Position numbers and translations under genes: made by a program
Notes under the pieces: generated by a model
Databases searched by the model: none
Told to the model about the DNA's origin: nothing
Seen by the model: the letters and a program-made list of their open reading frames with translations, nothing else
Part shown: positions 1 to 10,550 of the stretch, in pieces
How positions within the stretch are numbered: position 1 is the stretch's first letter
Layout: every line of letters begins with the position of its first letter
Source of the DNA: an uncultured Rivularia sp.
GTDB lineage: Bacteria > Cyanobacteriota > Cyanobacteriia > Cyanobacteriales > Nostocaceae
Length of the DNA stretch: 64,000 nt
Direction: 5' to 3'
Assembly (NCBI GenBank): GCA_963665115.1
Contig: OY762007.1
Location: forward strand, 8,288,001 to 8,352,000

Positions 1-984
1 ATGTCTATTCGGGGTGTGAGTTTAACTCGAAATCAAGTTAAACAGTTGTTTAGTGGAGCTATGCTCTGCTTGAGCTTAAGTATGACAGTCGCTTGTCAGC
101 AAGCTGAAAAAAAATCATCTAATAATGATTCTAAAAATTTAACGGTACAGCCTGCTAATTCTAAAAACGATAAAGATATTGCTGCCATACCACAGAAAAC
201 ACCAGGAGAAATCACGGTAATACCAACTCCTTTTCCTTCCCCAACATCAACCGCTCAACCGCAAGCAAATTCAGATGCTCCCAAAACGGTAGCTAGGGTA
301 CCGCAAAATCCTTCCTCACCATCTGAAAATCAGTCTGCTGCTGAATCTAATAATTCTATTCCCAAAGCTCTAACCGAAAAACTTTCTCCTCAAGCTGCTT
401 CTCAACCAAATATTCCCCAACCACAGCCACAAGTAGAAACTCGCACTCAACCGAGTTCCCCTAAGCCTGTTGTTCAAGCTTTGAGAAAGGCTGCTAAAAA
501 TCCTGGGAGAAGAATCGCGGCTGCGAGCAATACAAATGTGTACCGGAGTCGCAGGTTAGGTGTTAATTTCAAGTATCCCAAAGGCTTTGTGATTAAAGAA
601 CCCCAAGATACATCTAATCCATCAAACGTTTTGGAATTATGGAGCCTTAAAGATTACCAAGCAATTGAATCTGGTAAATTTAAAAATACATTTACTCCGG
701 GAAATATGAGTATTTCCGTGGAGAATAATCCTCAAGGTTTATCTTTGGTTCAATGGGTAACTAATAATGATGAACTCGGAGATATCATACCAGAAAGCTA
801 TGATACTCACGTTGTTGCTGGAAAGGAAGCAATGTCTTTTCGTACTGATGGTTTATATTATTTCCAAAACTTAGTATTACCTAGCAGTGATGGTAAAAAG
901 GTAATTCTAATTAGTTTTGCTCAAGGAGATAAGAGTTATCAACAGGTTTTTGAGCAAGTTGTTTCTACTTTACAAGTTAATTAG
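1..984 (+). CDS. Putative lipoprotein with Pro/Gln/Ser-rich linker and C-terminal PsbP-like domain
   Basis: Hydrophobic N-terminus ending in lipobox-like MTVAC; low-complexity linker; C-terminal Y..S...GVNFKYP...FEQVVSTL pattern resembles PsbP/Mog1-like domains. Confidence 0.55.
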   Translation: MSIRGVSLTRNQVKQLFSGAMLCLSLSMTVACQQAEKKSSNNDSKNLTVQPANSKNDKDIAAIPQKTPGEITVIPTPFPSPTSTAQPQANSDAPKTVARVPQNPSSPSENQSAAESNNSIPKALTEKLSPQAASQPNIPQPQPQVETRTQPSSPKPVVQALRKAAKNPGRRIAAASNTNVYRSRRLGVNFKYPKGFVIKEPQDTSNPSNVLELWSLKDYQAIESGKFKNTFTPGNMSISVENNPQGLSLVQWVTNNDELGDIIPESYDTHVVAGKEAMSFRTDGLYYFQNLVLPSSDGKKVILISFAQGDKSYQQVFEQVVSTLQVN

Positions 985-1238
985 AAAGTTGGGAATTGGG
1001 AATGGGGGATAGGGCATTGGGCATGGCAGATGGGGAGACAAGGAGACAAGGAGACAAGGAGAAGAGGAATTAATTATTAAATCAACTACTAACTCACTAC
1101 TGACTACTTATAAGCTGTTGCGTATTCAATTTGTATATGAGAAGCGGGCAAGATGCCCGCACTACAATCGTTCAAATTCTTTACCTTATACAATTTAGCT
1201 GCACCTCAGCTTAAGTCACGACTCTCTACTCTCTACTC

Positions 1239-2777
1239 CTAACTCTTGACAATATATGGTGAATCAATTTCTCTGGCTTTTCCGATTAGCACTAATACTT
1301 GATATACCATTGCTGATGCTTCTGCGCGGGTTGCGGCTCGATTTGGGTTGAGTTTTTCTATGTTGGGATAGTTGACGATAAGTTGATTTTGAGTGGCTGC
1401 TGATACTTCGTTTTTGCTGTCGTTGGGAATTTGATTGCTGTCGCGATATATATTCAGGTCAATTTCTATTTCATTTCTTAATCCCAATCCGTTCGCTAGG
1501 GAGACAATAACTTGTATGCGGGGAATGTTTTGATTAGGAAGGAATTTTTGACCTGGATATACGGAGATTAATTTCCCCTGGTATGCTTGTTTAATTGCTT
1601 GATGCGCCCAGAAGCTTTTTTTTACATCCTTGAATTGTATTGCTTCCCGCAAAGTCAGAGGGTTAAAGGCTTTGACTAGTAATGCAGCATATTGCGATCG
1701 CGTTATTGTTGCATCTGGCCTAAAGGTTCGATTGGGAAATCCTTTAACTATTTCTAATTTAATTAATTCTTGTATAAATTCAGCCGCCCAATGTCCGTTT
1801 ATATCTGTTAAATTGCTTATTTTAGCTTGCGGTTTCGGTTGGGAAATTGGCTCTGGTTCTAATTCCGATTCTACTTCTGGTTGCGGCTCTGGTTGCGGCT
1901 CTGGTTCAGCATCTGCGAAAAACTGTATGTTCCCATTTACATTCGCTACTTCTACTTGATTATCTATAGAAATCAGTTTGTTAATGCTAGCGTTTTGAAT
2001 ATCAAACTGACCGTTATTACCAAAAATGTTGTTTCCCGAACTCCTACTGTTTCCAATATCCGGTAAAGCATTTGCTACAACAGTTAAACCGTCTTGAATG
2101 TTATTTTCGCATACATTTTCTCGTAAAACTGGACGAGCGTCGCCAGAAACAACTATTCCAGAACGGTTTTCATAAATTTTATTATTGATAATTTTGGTAG
2201 TAGCATTATCAGAAATAGATATACCAAAACCTGTATTGAAACAACTATTACCTATAATTTCACCGCCGGAATTTTTGGTAATTGAAATACCGTTAGCAGA
2301 ATTCTGAGTAAATATATTGTCTTTGATTGTGGGATTAGCATTACCAGTAACAAAAACTCCTTCACGCTCGGAGTTGATGAAGGTACAATTTACAACTGCG
2401 GGTGAAGACGATTCAATCCAAACAGCAGTACCCCGACTGGCTAAATTTGTTACTGTTACACCTCGGAGCCGAGAAGCATTACTTAATACCACAGTTATAT
2501 TTTGACGACCAAATATATGGCTAATATATTCACCAGTACCATCAATTACAATACCGCTTCCGATGTTTACTTCATTACCTATAATTGTGACTCCAAATGG
2601 AACTATTAAAGGAAAAACTTCACCAGTAATAGCGCTGTAACTACCTCCTGCAAGCTGTATTTTTGTTCCCGATGCAGATTGTTTAAGAGCTTGAGTAATT
2701 GTTTTTAATGGTGCTTGTTGGCTACCTGAGTTACTATTATTGCCAGTAGTCGGATTTACATAAATTAATTTAAGCAT
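1239..2777 (-). CDS. DUF1565 beta-helix protein with C-terminal S-layer homology (SLH) domains
   Basis: IYVNP..GN..NSGS..APLKTITQAL start, beta-helix repeats, EP linker, SLH motifs (DINGHWA, FRPDATITR, NPNRAATRAE). Confidence 0.85.
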   Translation of the reverse strand: MLKLIYVNPTTGNNSNSGSQQAPLKTITQALKQSASGTKIQLAGGSYSAITGEVFPLIVPFGVTIIGNEVNIGSGIVIDGTGEYISHIFGRQNITVVLSNASRLRGVTVTNLASRGTAVWIESSSPAVVNCTFINSEREGVFVTGNANPTIKDNIFTQNSANGISITKNSGGEIIGNSCFNTGFGISISDNATTKIINNKIYENRSGIVVSGDARPVLRENVCENNIQDGLTVVANALPDIGNSRSSGNNIFGNNGQFDIQNASINKLISIDNQVEVANVNGNIQFFADAEPEPQPEPQPEVESELEPEPISQPKPQAKISNLTDINGHWAAEFIQELIKLEIVKGFPNRTFRPDATITRSQYAALLVKAFNPLTLREAIQFKDVKKSFWAHQAIKQAYQGKLISVYPGQKFLPNQNIPRIQVIVSLANGLGLRNEIEIDLNIYRDSNQIPNDSKNEVSAATQNQLIVNYPNIEKLNPNRAATRAEASAMVYQVLVLIGKAREIDSPYIVKS

Positions 2778-3095
2778 ATTATATTAATACTTTTTCACTT
2801 ACGTTGAAATATTACCGCGAATAATCTCAGTATGCTGGTAGCGTTGATAGCATAAGTTGAATTAAAAAGAGGCGGTTTTCCCCGTCTGAGGTTTGATACT
2901 AATAAAAATTGCACGGGCAAAGATGCCCATCCTACAAAAATGTATTTGTTTGTTCTTTGCCGATCTATATCAAATCCGGTTACACCGGAATGATAAAAAA
3001 CGCAGAGAATTCAGAGCAGGCAGAAGAAGAAGAGAGAGTAAATTTAAATAATTCCGATACAAACGGAAAAGATATTATTTGTAATCAAATGCTAC

Positions 3096-3212
3096 TTAAA
3101 CAAAAGAGAAATTGACTTGGAATACACTCTCATTGTAATCGCGGTCGCCACCATTTTCTAAGACTTCAAATCCGATGGTATTATCATCTAATAAGGCTTT
3201 GATATTTTTAGG
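3096..3212 (-). pseudogene. Remnant of a DUF4114-type C-terminal module
   Basis: Minus strand reads PKNIKALLDDNTIGFEVLENGGDRDYNESVFQVNFSFV*, resembling the GFEDL..GGD.DYND motif; preceded in frame by TAG, no start codon. Confidence 0.6.
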
Positions 3213-3282
3213 CTAAAAATCGCTAAACTTTCTATCAGGTCAATTAATTTGTCACTCTATAATTGAGGAAACAGCCGAATTA

Positions 3283-3567
3283 TTGTACCTGGAGAGTTCT
3301 ATGAGTGGATTAATAATATTTATTAATTTTTTGCTTGGTGGATTTATTCTGATAGATTCCGTTCTAATAATTTATACAGCTATCTATTTCAAATCAAAAC
3401 AGTCAAAGCTTAGTGGAAATATTTACAGCAATCCTGAAAAATTTAGGATGGAAATTATTAAAATGACTTACATAACCGTACTAACGACTGGGAATATTCT
3501 TTTCGCTATTTCTGCAAGTACTTTAATAATCAACCAAAAATTAAATAACCTTTTGAAGCTATTTTAA
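3283..3567 (+). CDS. Small hypothetical membrane protein (two TM segments; probable start ATG 3301)
   Basis: Two hydrophobic stretches; GGAG upstream of ATG 3301. Confidence 0.45.
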   Translation: MYLESSMSGLIIFINFLLGGFILIDSVLIIYTAIYFKSKQSKLSGNIYSNPEKFRMEIIKMTYITVLTTGNILFAISASTLIINQKLNNLLKLF

Positions 3568-3636
3568 AATAATTTTTGCCTAAGCCCTGATAGTAGGTTT
3601 TACATTAAGTATTTAAAATTCTCAATAAAATATTCC

Positions 3637-4422
3637 TTACGGTAACTTTGTTCCGCAGGCTTTACAAAACTTTGCATCTTCGTCATGCAAATCTAAACCG
3701 CATTTAGAACAAATTGTTTCTACTTCATTTGCAGTTTTAATTATTCGCTTAATTAAGTCACCTATTTGCCAAGGAACCAGTGCGATACCTGTTAAAATCA
3801 TCAAAACTGTCAAAAGACGACCAACTTGTGAAACTGGAGTAACGTCACCAAATCCTACAGTTGTCATTGTGACGATTGAAAAATACATCGCATCCACAAA
3901 AGTAGTAAATACTTGCGGATTTACGGGATGTTCTACTTGATAAATTAAGCCTGAGTAGATAAAGACAATCGCAAATAAAGTAAATAATATTCTTGTAAAA
4001 ATAGTGCCGTCTTCGGTAGTAATATTACCAAATATAAATCTTCGATCGATATATCTAATTAATCGTAAAATTCGGAACCATCGTAATAAGCGAATATAGC
4101 TAATATCAATAGTTCCCATAAAAAAGGGTAGTATTGCAATTAAATCAATAATTGAATATAAACTAAAAATATACTGGATTCTATTTTCCGCACTCCACAA
4201 CCGTAATAGATATTCTGCTGCGAAAATATTGAGAATTAATATATCAAGAATATTGAGAGCAAAGCTGACTGATTCAGAAATATGATATGTTTGTGCTACA
4301 AAAATTCCTGAAGATAGCATCACTAACATGACAATTACAAGATTAATCGTTTTGCCTAACGGTGTTTCTAAGTCTTTTAAATAGAAATTCGTATTTTCTC
4401 TGTTAATTACCATGTTGAACAT
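3637..4422 (-). CDS. Voltage-gated-type potassium channel with C-terminal zinc ribbon
   Basis: TMTTVGFGD selectivity filter, S4-like RLLRWFRILRLIR, C-terminal CSKC...CKAC. Confidence 0.9.
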   Translation of the reverse strand: MFNMVINRENTNFYLKDLETPLGKTINLVIVMLVMLSSGIFVAQTYHISESVSFALNILDILILNIFAAEYLLRLWSAENRIQYIFSLYSIIDLIAILPFFMGTIDISYIRLLRWFRILRLIRYIDRRFIFGNITTEDGTIFTRILFTLFAIVFIYSGLIYQVEHPVNPQVFTTFVDAMYFSIVTMTTVGFGDVTPVSQVGRLLTVLMILTGIALVPWQIGDLIKRIIKTANEVETICSKCGLDLHDEDAKFCKACGTKLP

Positions 4423-4680
4423 AATTTAACTACCGTAAAATATAGAATCCTACTTGATTTCTGTTAGCGGAGCCTGCTCTACGGGTATAACACACCCTAC
4501 AATATTTAATTATTTCAATTATCAAATCGGATTGCTAGATCGTTTATAGCTTTACATACAAAATTGACTCAACTTATTCAAGCAAACGATACCGTTATAT
4601 AATACTTTTGATAAAAAATACCAATAATCAAAAACCCGCTTTTTTACAAAAAACGGGTTTATCAATAAAAATGCGCTGTA

Positions 4681-5344
4681 TCAATCCAAATCTTCCAAAT
4701 AAGATAAAAACGAATTTGCAAAAATTGCTGCTTGGGTTTCTGTCTCGTAATTCTAAACGGTTCAATATATTAGTAACGTGATTTTTTACCGTACCTTCGG
4801 AAATATAGAGTTTCTGAGCAATTTCTCGGTTATTTGCACCTGTTGCAATCAAACGTAATACTTCTTTTTCTCTTTTTGTAAGTTCCGCTAAACTTGCTGG
4901 TGGGGAAGATGATTGAGTTGCTACGGTTGCAGGGAATTGGGTTAAAAGTTTTTTGACAATTCCCGGCCCTAATTGAGTGTATCCTCTATGTATGGCACGA
5001 ATGGCAACAGCTAATTCTTCTGAAGGTGTATCTTTGAGTAAATAACCCATTGCTCCATGCTGCAATGCTGCTTTAATATATTCGTCATCATCAAAGGTTG
5101 TTAGTACCAAAATTTTGGTTTGAGCAAATTTACTTTTGATCTCTCGGGTTGCAGCAACACCATCCATAATCGGCATTCTAATGTCCATTAATATTACATC
5201 CGGCTGTAATTTTTCAGCCAATTCAACTGCTTGTTGACCATTTTCTGCTTCTCCAACAATTTCTAAATCTGGTTCTAATTCTAATAGGGTTTTTAATCCT
5301 TGACGAATCAAATGTTGGTCATCTACAATTATTACGCTAATCAT
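4681..5344 (-). CDS. NarL/LuxR-family response regulator (apparent +1 frameshift near 4737)
   Basis: REC domain (VDD, DIRMP, KD) plus LuxR HTH; removing one base at 4737-4739 restores the typical RDRTQAAIFANSFL end with stop at 4681; start set at MISVIIV because the upstream extension is STRR repeat. Confidence 0.9.
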
Positions 5345-5452
5345 ATTTTGTCTTGGTAATTGATAATTGGTAATTGGTAATTGATAATTCGCACCAACTA
5401 CCAATTGTGACATTTATGTAAGTCCCGTTTATTTTATTTATTTGCATCAAAA

Positions 5453-6655
5453 CTAAGGAAGCGAAAACCTTGATAAAGGAATATCAACCATAATTTTAGT
5501 ACCTTTACCGGGAAGACTTTTAATATGAAAATTACCATCTAATGCTAAAGTGCGATCGCGCATACTTTGCAGTCCGAAACCTGTCGTATTTTGGGTTACG
5601 TCAAAACCTTTTCCGTTATCTTCAACGATCAAATACAAATTTGTGGCTGCTGTAGTTATTTCTAAGTTAACTTCTGTAGCTTTTGCATATTTAGAGATAT
5701 TTGTCAATGATTCTTGGATAATTCGATAAATAGCTGTACTAATATCGCGAGGTATCGAATAAAATATATTAATTTGACGATTTGGGTTAATACCTGTGGA
5801 ATGATTAAAATTTTCGATTAGTACGTTAATAGATGTTTCTAAAGATTGTTCTTGTAAAGGATTGGAACGCATTTTAGAAACAGATTCTCGGACATCTTTT
5901 AATGCTTGAGAACCTAATTCTTTAGCTCTAATTAAAAAATCTTTAGCTTTTTCTGGATTGGTGTTTAATAATTTGTTAGCGGTTTCAAGCTGTAAATTTA
6001 AAGCTGTTAAAGAATGTCCCAAAGAATCGTGAATCTCTCGCGCAATACGATTTCTTTCTTCGAGAGTAGCTTGGTTTTCAATTTTTAAAGCATACTGACG
6101 CAACTTTTCGTTGGCAGCAGTTAATTTATCTCTACTTTCTCGTTCGGAAAGTACCGCATTCATTAATAATAAAACAAAAACCAAGGCTAATACAAATAAT
6201 GCTATAAAGCTAAATTGAAAGAACCATAGTTTTTGTAATCTTCGAGGTGATACATTAGGAAACCTCATTCTGAAGGTTATTAAAAATAAAGAAAAAGAAA
6301 TTCCTGAAACAACTAAGCGTCCGGGAAGTTGAAAAATTAAGCAACTGCGAGTCACTAATATTAAATTGAGGAACGGAAATAATCTTGATGTTCTGCCACC
6401 AAAAAAGTTGGTGATAAAAATCAATAAGATTTCACAAACTGTATAAATAATTTTGTTTTTTCGATTATTGGTAGGTAATCTTAAACCCATTAACCCAAAA
6501 ATAGTTAAACTAATAACCATTAATTCGGGATAGCTTGTCTGGAATCTTTGTACGGGATTTATCGTTGAAGCAATTGCTGCAAATCCCAACAATACCCACT
6601 CTAAATAAAGTAAAAATTTGAAAGGATGATTTTTTACGTCAATAGCGCGATTCAT
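5453..6655 (-). CDS. Membrane sensor histidine kinase, HisKA_3 (NarX/LiaS-like)
   Basis: ERNRIAREIHDSLGH, QESLTN, DNGKGF, GFGL motifs; multi-TM N-terminus. Confidence 0.92.
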   Translation of the reverse strand: MNRAIDVKNHPFKFLLYLEWVLLGFAAIASTINPVQRFQTSYPELMVISLTIFGLMGLRLPTNNRKNKIIYTVCEILLIFITNFFGGRTSRLFPFLNLILVTRSCLIFQLPGRLVVSGISFSLFLITFRMRFPNVSPRRLQKLWFFQFSFIALFVLALVFVLLLMNAVLSERESRDKLTAANEKLRQYALKIENQATLEERNRIAREIHDSLGHSLTALNLQLETANKLLNTNPEKAKDFLIRAKELGSQALKDVRESVSKMRSNPLQEQSLETSINVLIENFNHSTGINPNRQINIFYSIPRDISTAIYRIIQESLTNISKYAKATEVNLEITTAATNLYLIVEDNGKGFDVTQNTTGFGLQSMRDRTLALDGNFHIKSLPGKGTKIMVDIPLSRFSLP

Positions 6656-6971
6656 AAGCCTTTTTTGTCTTAATAATTATTACTAATTAGGTGTACCAGT
6701 TTCCGCAAACCCGGTTTCTAGTCGTGGAAACATTATTATTACGTTGTGAAATCATCAAGAAACTGGGTTTCTTTGAGCTTAACGATAATGGTGTAAGATA
6801 TCAGATTTAAAAAACTTTCGCTATTAGAGGCGGATTTGTAACCCCTGCTTAACAAAGGGTTTGGGAGATTAATCAATAGTAAACAACGATCCAAATCCGA
6901 AACCATGACTTTGGTAATGGTTTGACACATGACTTTATCTAGATATCTTTCTCCGATTACTCGTTACTTTT

Positions 6972-7015
6972 TACTCATGCGACTACTGAGAGTTTGATTC
7001 TATGATGGTGACATC
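6972..7015 (+). promoter_or_regulatory. Putative promoter: TACTCATG box plus -10-like TATGAT
   Basis: Architecture shared with 7992-8034. Confidence 0.5.
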
Positions 7016-7042
7016 GAACAAAACAAACCCAGGAAATCTGAC

Positions 7043-7831
7043 ATGATTAAAAAATTATCTTTCTTAGCCGGTGCGATCGCTTTGACAATAAGTGCAATTC
7101 CTTTTGCAGCCCAAGCTCAAATTAACTCTTCCGAGCAAATTGTTGTTGCTCAAGGTAAAAAGCAAGGAGGATGGAAGAGTAAGTTAAATTTGACTGACGC
7201 GCAGAAAGCTCAAATGCAGGAAATTAAAAAGAGCGCTCGTGCAGAAATGCAGCAAATTTTAACTCCAGAACAATTACAGAAATTAGAAGCAGCAAAAGCC
7301 AGTGGAGAGAAGAAACGCGGAGTATGGCGCTCTTTGAATTTGACTGACGCTCAAAAAGCAGAAATGAAGAAAGTTAGAGAATCAAAGAAAGCTGCTTTTG
7401 AAGCAATTCTAACTGACGAACAAAAAGCTCAAATGCAAGAAATGAAGCAAATGCGACAAAATCGTCGCGGCAACCGTCAGCAAAACAAAGGATATAAAGG
7501 ACAAGGCAAATTTAATCGCTTGAATTTGACTGACGCACAGAAAACTCAAATGCAGGAAATTAAGAAAAGTGCTCGTGCAGAAATGCAAGAAATCTTAACT
7601 CCAGAACAATTGCAAAAATTAGAAGCAGCCAAAGCTAGTGGAGAGAAGAAACGCGGAGTATGGCGCTCTTTAAATTTGACTGACGCTCAAAAAGCAGAAA
7701 TGAAAAAAATTAAAGAATCTAAAAAAGCTCAATTTGAAGCGATTTTAACCGACGAGCAAAAAGCTCAAATGCAAGAAATGAAGCAAATGCGCCAAAACCG
7801 TCGCGGCAATCGTCAACAACGCTCCAGCTAA
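7043..7831 (+). CDS. Spy/CpxP-family (LTxxQ) periplasmic protein with internal tandem duplication
   Basis: Signal peptide; eight LTxxQ motifs; two near-identical halves offset by 336 nt. Confidence 0.85.
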   Translation: MIKKLSFLAGAIALTISAIPFAAQAQINSSEQIVVAQGKKQGGWKSKLNLTDAQKAQMQEIKKSARAEMQQILTPEQLQKLEAAKASGEKKRGVWRSLNLTDAQKAEMKKVRESKKAAFEAILTDEQKAQMQEMKQMRQNRRGNRQQNKGYKGQGKFNRLNLTDAQKTQMQEIKKSARAEMQEILTPEQLQKLEAAKASGEKKRGVWRSLNLTDAQKAEMKKIKESKKAQFEAILTDEQKAQMQEMKQMRQNRRGNRQQRSS

Positions 7832-7893
7832 TTAATTCAACTCTTTTTTAAATATATTTTTTCAAAAAGTTAGATTTTCCGCGTTCATTTTAG

Positions 7894-7929
7894 AAAAAGG
7901 GATTGTCGAATCCCTTTTTCTTTTTTTTG
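7894..7929 (+). terminator. Intrinsic terminator
   Basis: AAAAAGGGATT-GTCG-AATCCCTTTTT hairpin followed by T tract. Confidence 0.7.
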
Positions 7930-7991
7930 TTAAAATTCTGCTAAGGTAAATAAAAAAACCAAGATAGAAAAATCCAATTTAACGTGGATTA

Positions 7992-8034
7992 TACTCATGG
8001 GCTTTGGGCAATGAGTTTCTATAATGGTTACATC
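7992..8034 (+). promoter_or_regulatory. Putative promoter: TACTCATG box plus -10 TATAAT
   Basis: Perfect TATAAT at 8020-8025; same flanks as the 6972-7015 copy. Confidence 0.55.
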
Positions 8035-8061
8035 AAAAAGCATAAATCCACGAGGCATTTA

Positions 8062-8496
8062 ATGAAGCTTAAAAAATTATCTCTCTTAGCTGGTGCGATC
8101 GCAGTCGCTTTTAGTATCACTCCGTTAGCAGCAAACGCTCAAGTGAACTCAAATGCACCACAAAGAGTTGCTCAAGCAAATCGTCCAAGTCCCCCAGATT
8201 TAAAGTTATCTCAGGCGCAAATCAACAAAATAACCCAAATTCGCTCCCAAGCTCGCGATCAAATCCAAGCCGTTCTCACAGCAGAACAAAAGAATAAAAT
8301 CCAAACTGATTTGCAAGCAGGTAAGCCTCCTCAGCAGGTTTTTGCATCCATTCAATTTACTAAGCCACAGGAGGAAGAACTACGAAATATTATGGAAGGC
8401 TCCCAAAGAAATATGGAAGGAGTCTTGGATGCTAAGCAGAAGAAAATTTTAAACGAATGGCGTGCTAGCCAAACCAGACAAAGACCAAAAAAGTAA
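8062..8496 (+). CDS. Second Spy/CpxP-like periplasmic protein
   Basis: Signal peptide MKLKKLSLLAGAIA nearly identical to the upstream paralog; LSQAQ/LTAEQ motifs; GAGG before ATG 8062. Confidence 0.8.
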   Translation: MKLKKLSLLAGAIAVAFSITPLAANAQVNSNAPQRVAQANRPSPPDLKLSQAQINKITQIRSQARDQIQAVLTAEQKNKIQTDLQAGKPPQQVFASIQFTKPQEEELRNIMEGSQRNMEGVLDAKQKKILNEWRASQTRQRPKK

Positions 8497-8652
8497 GCCA
8501 ATAGTTTAATTTGGATAGCAGCATTTGGGGTGGGCAATTTTAATTTTGTCCGCCTTTTTTATTTTAGGGAGTGGGGAGTAGGGAGTCGGGGAGGGGGTAG
8601 AGGGGGAAGAGTGGGGAGAGGGGGTAGAAATAACTTCTAAACTCCGCGAGCT

Positions 8653-8681
8653 GTACAGACGTAGCAGTGCTACGTCTCTAC
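8653..8681. repeat. REP-like palindrome (GTAG)AGACGTAGCANTGCTACGTCT(CTAC); further copies near 32698, 40654, 53636 (degenerate), 55926, 59788, 59943, 63955
   Basis: Palindrome read directly at each listed position. Confidence 0.9.
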
Positions 8682-8748
8682 ACTCCTAACTCCTAACTCT
8701 TAACTCCTACTCCCTATTCCCTGTTGCCCGTTCCCCGTTCCCAATCCT

Positions 8749-10290
8749 ATGATCAATACAAAAAGCTGGATACTCGCCGTTTTTATTGCAATAAGCTTAA
8801 CTAATTCAAGCTGCGATGCAATTTCTGCCAATCAACTTACTGCCGACAGTAAAATCATTCAGGTTGAAAATCCTCAACTTGAAAACTCAAAAATAGTTCA
8901 TGTAATTAATCGTCTCAGTTTTGGTGCTACTCCCGGCGATATAGAAAAAGTCCAAGAAATTGGCATCGATAAATATATCCAACAACAACTGACACCTGAA
9001 TCTATACCCGAACCCCAAAGCTTAAAAAATAAACTTTCTCAGCTGCAAACTTTACGTTTAACTCCCGCACAATTATATTCGCAATACAGCATCAGTCGCT
9101 TACCAAAACCCACCCCGGAAATAAGAAAACAAAGGCGAAAAAAAGAAAGATTAATTCGCCAACAAGCCGTAAAAGCACGATTGCTGCGAGCGACAGAAAG
9201 CCCCCAGCAGTTGCAAGAAGTAATGGTAGATTTTTGGTACAACCACTTCAACGTATACCAAAATAAAGGACAAACCCGTTTATGGATAGGAGCTTACGAA
9301 GAGCAAGCAATTAGACCTCATGTTTTCGGTAAATTCCGCGATTTATTAGGTGCAACCGCTCGTCATCCAGCAATGTTGTTTTATTTGGATAACTGGCAAA
9401 ATACCGCTCCTAACAATCGTCCCAAAGGCAGATTTAAAGGCTTAAACGAAAATTACGCTCGCGAATTAATGGAACTTCATACCCTGGGTGTTGACGGTGG
9501 TTACACTCAAGAAGACGTAATTACCTTAGCGAAAATATTTACCGGTTGGGGCTTTCGTCGTCCCGGCCCCAAGTTAAAAAATGGCTATGATTTTTACTTT
9601 AATGACAAACGTCATGACTTCACTGATAAAGTTTTTTTAAGTAAAGAAATTAAGGGAAGCGGCATCGCAGAAGGAGAACAAGCCTTAGATATTTTGGCAA
9701 AACATCCAGCAACCGCTCGTCGGATCGGTTACAAGCTAGCTCAGTATTTTGTTACGGATGAACCACCCAAGACTTTAGTAGACAAATTATCGAAAAGCTA
9801 CTTAGCAACAGATGGTGACATTCGCGCCGTACTAACAACTTTATTTAAGAGTCCCGAATTTTGGGATACCAAATATTACAAAGCCAAATTTAAAACCCCA
9901 TATCAATATGTAATTTCCAGCATTAGAGCCACCGACACACCAATCAAAGACTTCCCCAGAATAAACAGCATATTACATAGAATGGGAATGCCCTTATACG
10001 GAAATCAAAGTCCAGACGGATATAAAAACACTCAAGAAGCTTGGTTAAATCCCAACGGTATTAATTGGAGATTAAGCTTCGCAAATACAATAGGTAGAGG
10101 GGGATTAAAAAATAGAAACACAAATAATAAAAATAAACCCCGTCGTACCAACAACCCAGTTGATTTTACAGAATTAACAAACACCCTGGGAAACAACTTT
10201 TCCCCTAAAACCCAAGAAGTTATCAACACCAGCCCCCCCAAACAACGAGCCGTGATTATTTTGGGTAGCCCAGAATTTATGTACCGATAA
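8749..10290 (+). CDS. DUF1800 family exported protein
   Basis: NRLSFG, QLQEVMVDFWYNHF, AMLFYLDN, NENYARELMELHTLG, KFKTP motifs. Confidence 0.9.
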   Translation: MINTKSWILAVFIAISLTNSSCDAISANQLTADSKIIQVENPQLENSKIVHVINRLSFGATPGDIEKVQEIGIDKYIQQQLTPESIPEPQSLKNKLSQLQTLRLTPAQLYSQYSISRLPKPTPEIRKQRRKKERLIRQQAVKARLLRATESPQQLQEVMVDFWYNHFNVYQNKGQTRLWIGAYEEQAIRPHVFGKFRDLLGATARHPAMLFYLDNWQNTAPNNRPKGRFKGLNENYARELMELHTLGVDGGYTQEDVITLAKIFTGWGFRRPGPKLKNGYDFYFNDKRHDFTDKVFLSKEIKGSGIAEGEQALDILAKHPATARRIGYKLAQYFVTDEPPKTLVDKLSKSYLATDGDIRAVLTTLFKSPEFWDTKYYKAKFKTPYQYVISSIRATDTPIKDFPRINSILHRMGMPLYGNQSPDGYKNTQEAWLNPNGINWRLSFANTIGRGGLKNRNTNNKNKPRRTNNPVDFTELTNTLGNNFSPKTQEVINTSPPKQRAVIILGSPEFMYR

Positions 10291-10323
10291 TCAATTGGGG
10301 ATTGGGGATTGGGCATGGGGCAT

Positions 10324-10392
10324 TGGTAATTGGTAATTGGTAATTGGTAATTGGTAATTGGTAATTGGTAATTGGTAATTGGTAATTGGTAA
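10324..10392. repeat. STRR-type heptamer tandem repeat (GGTAATT)n; related arrays near 22975-23133, 26968, 31303, 35307, 41212 and elsewhere
   Basis: About nine perfect 7-mer units read directly. Confidence 0.95.
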
Positions 10393-10550
10393 AAAGTTAG
10401 GAATTAAAAATGTAGTGGGAGCGTCTCGCTCCCTGATAATAATAAGGTTTTAAATTTCCCTTCATCCCCTTATCTCCCCATCCCCTTGTCTCCTCTCCCC
10501 CCATCTCCCAATCCCAATGCCCAATGCCCTATCCCCTATCCCCAATTCTT

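Noticed and set aside
5345..5413. N-terminal extensions in the ORF track (also 7984-8061, 10524-10550, 58403-58438)
   Set aside because: They translate STRR repeats, promoter DNA or other upstream sequence; downstream ATGs match family starts.
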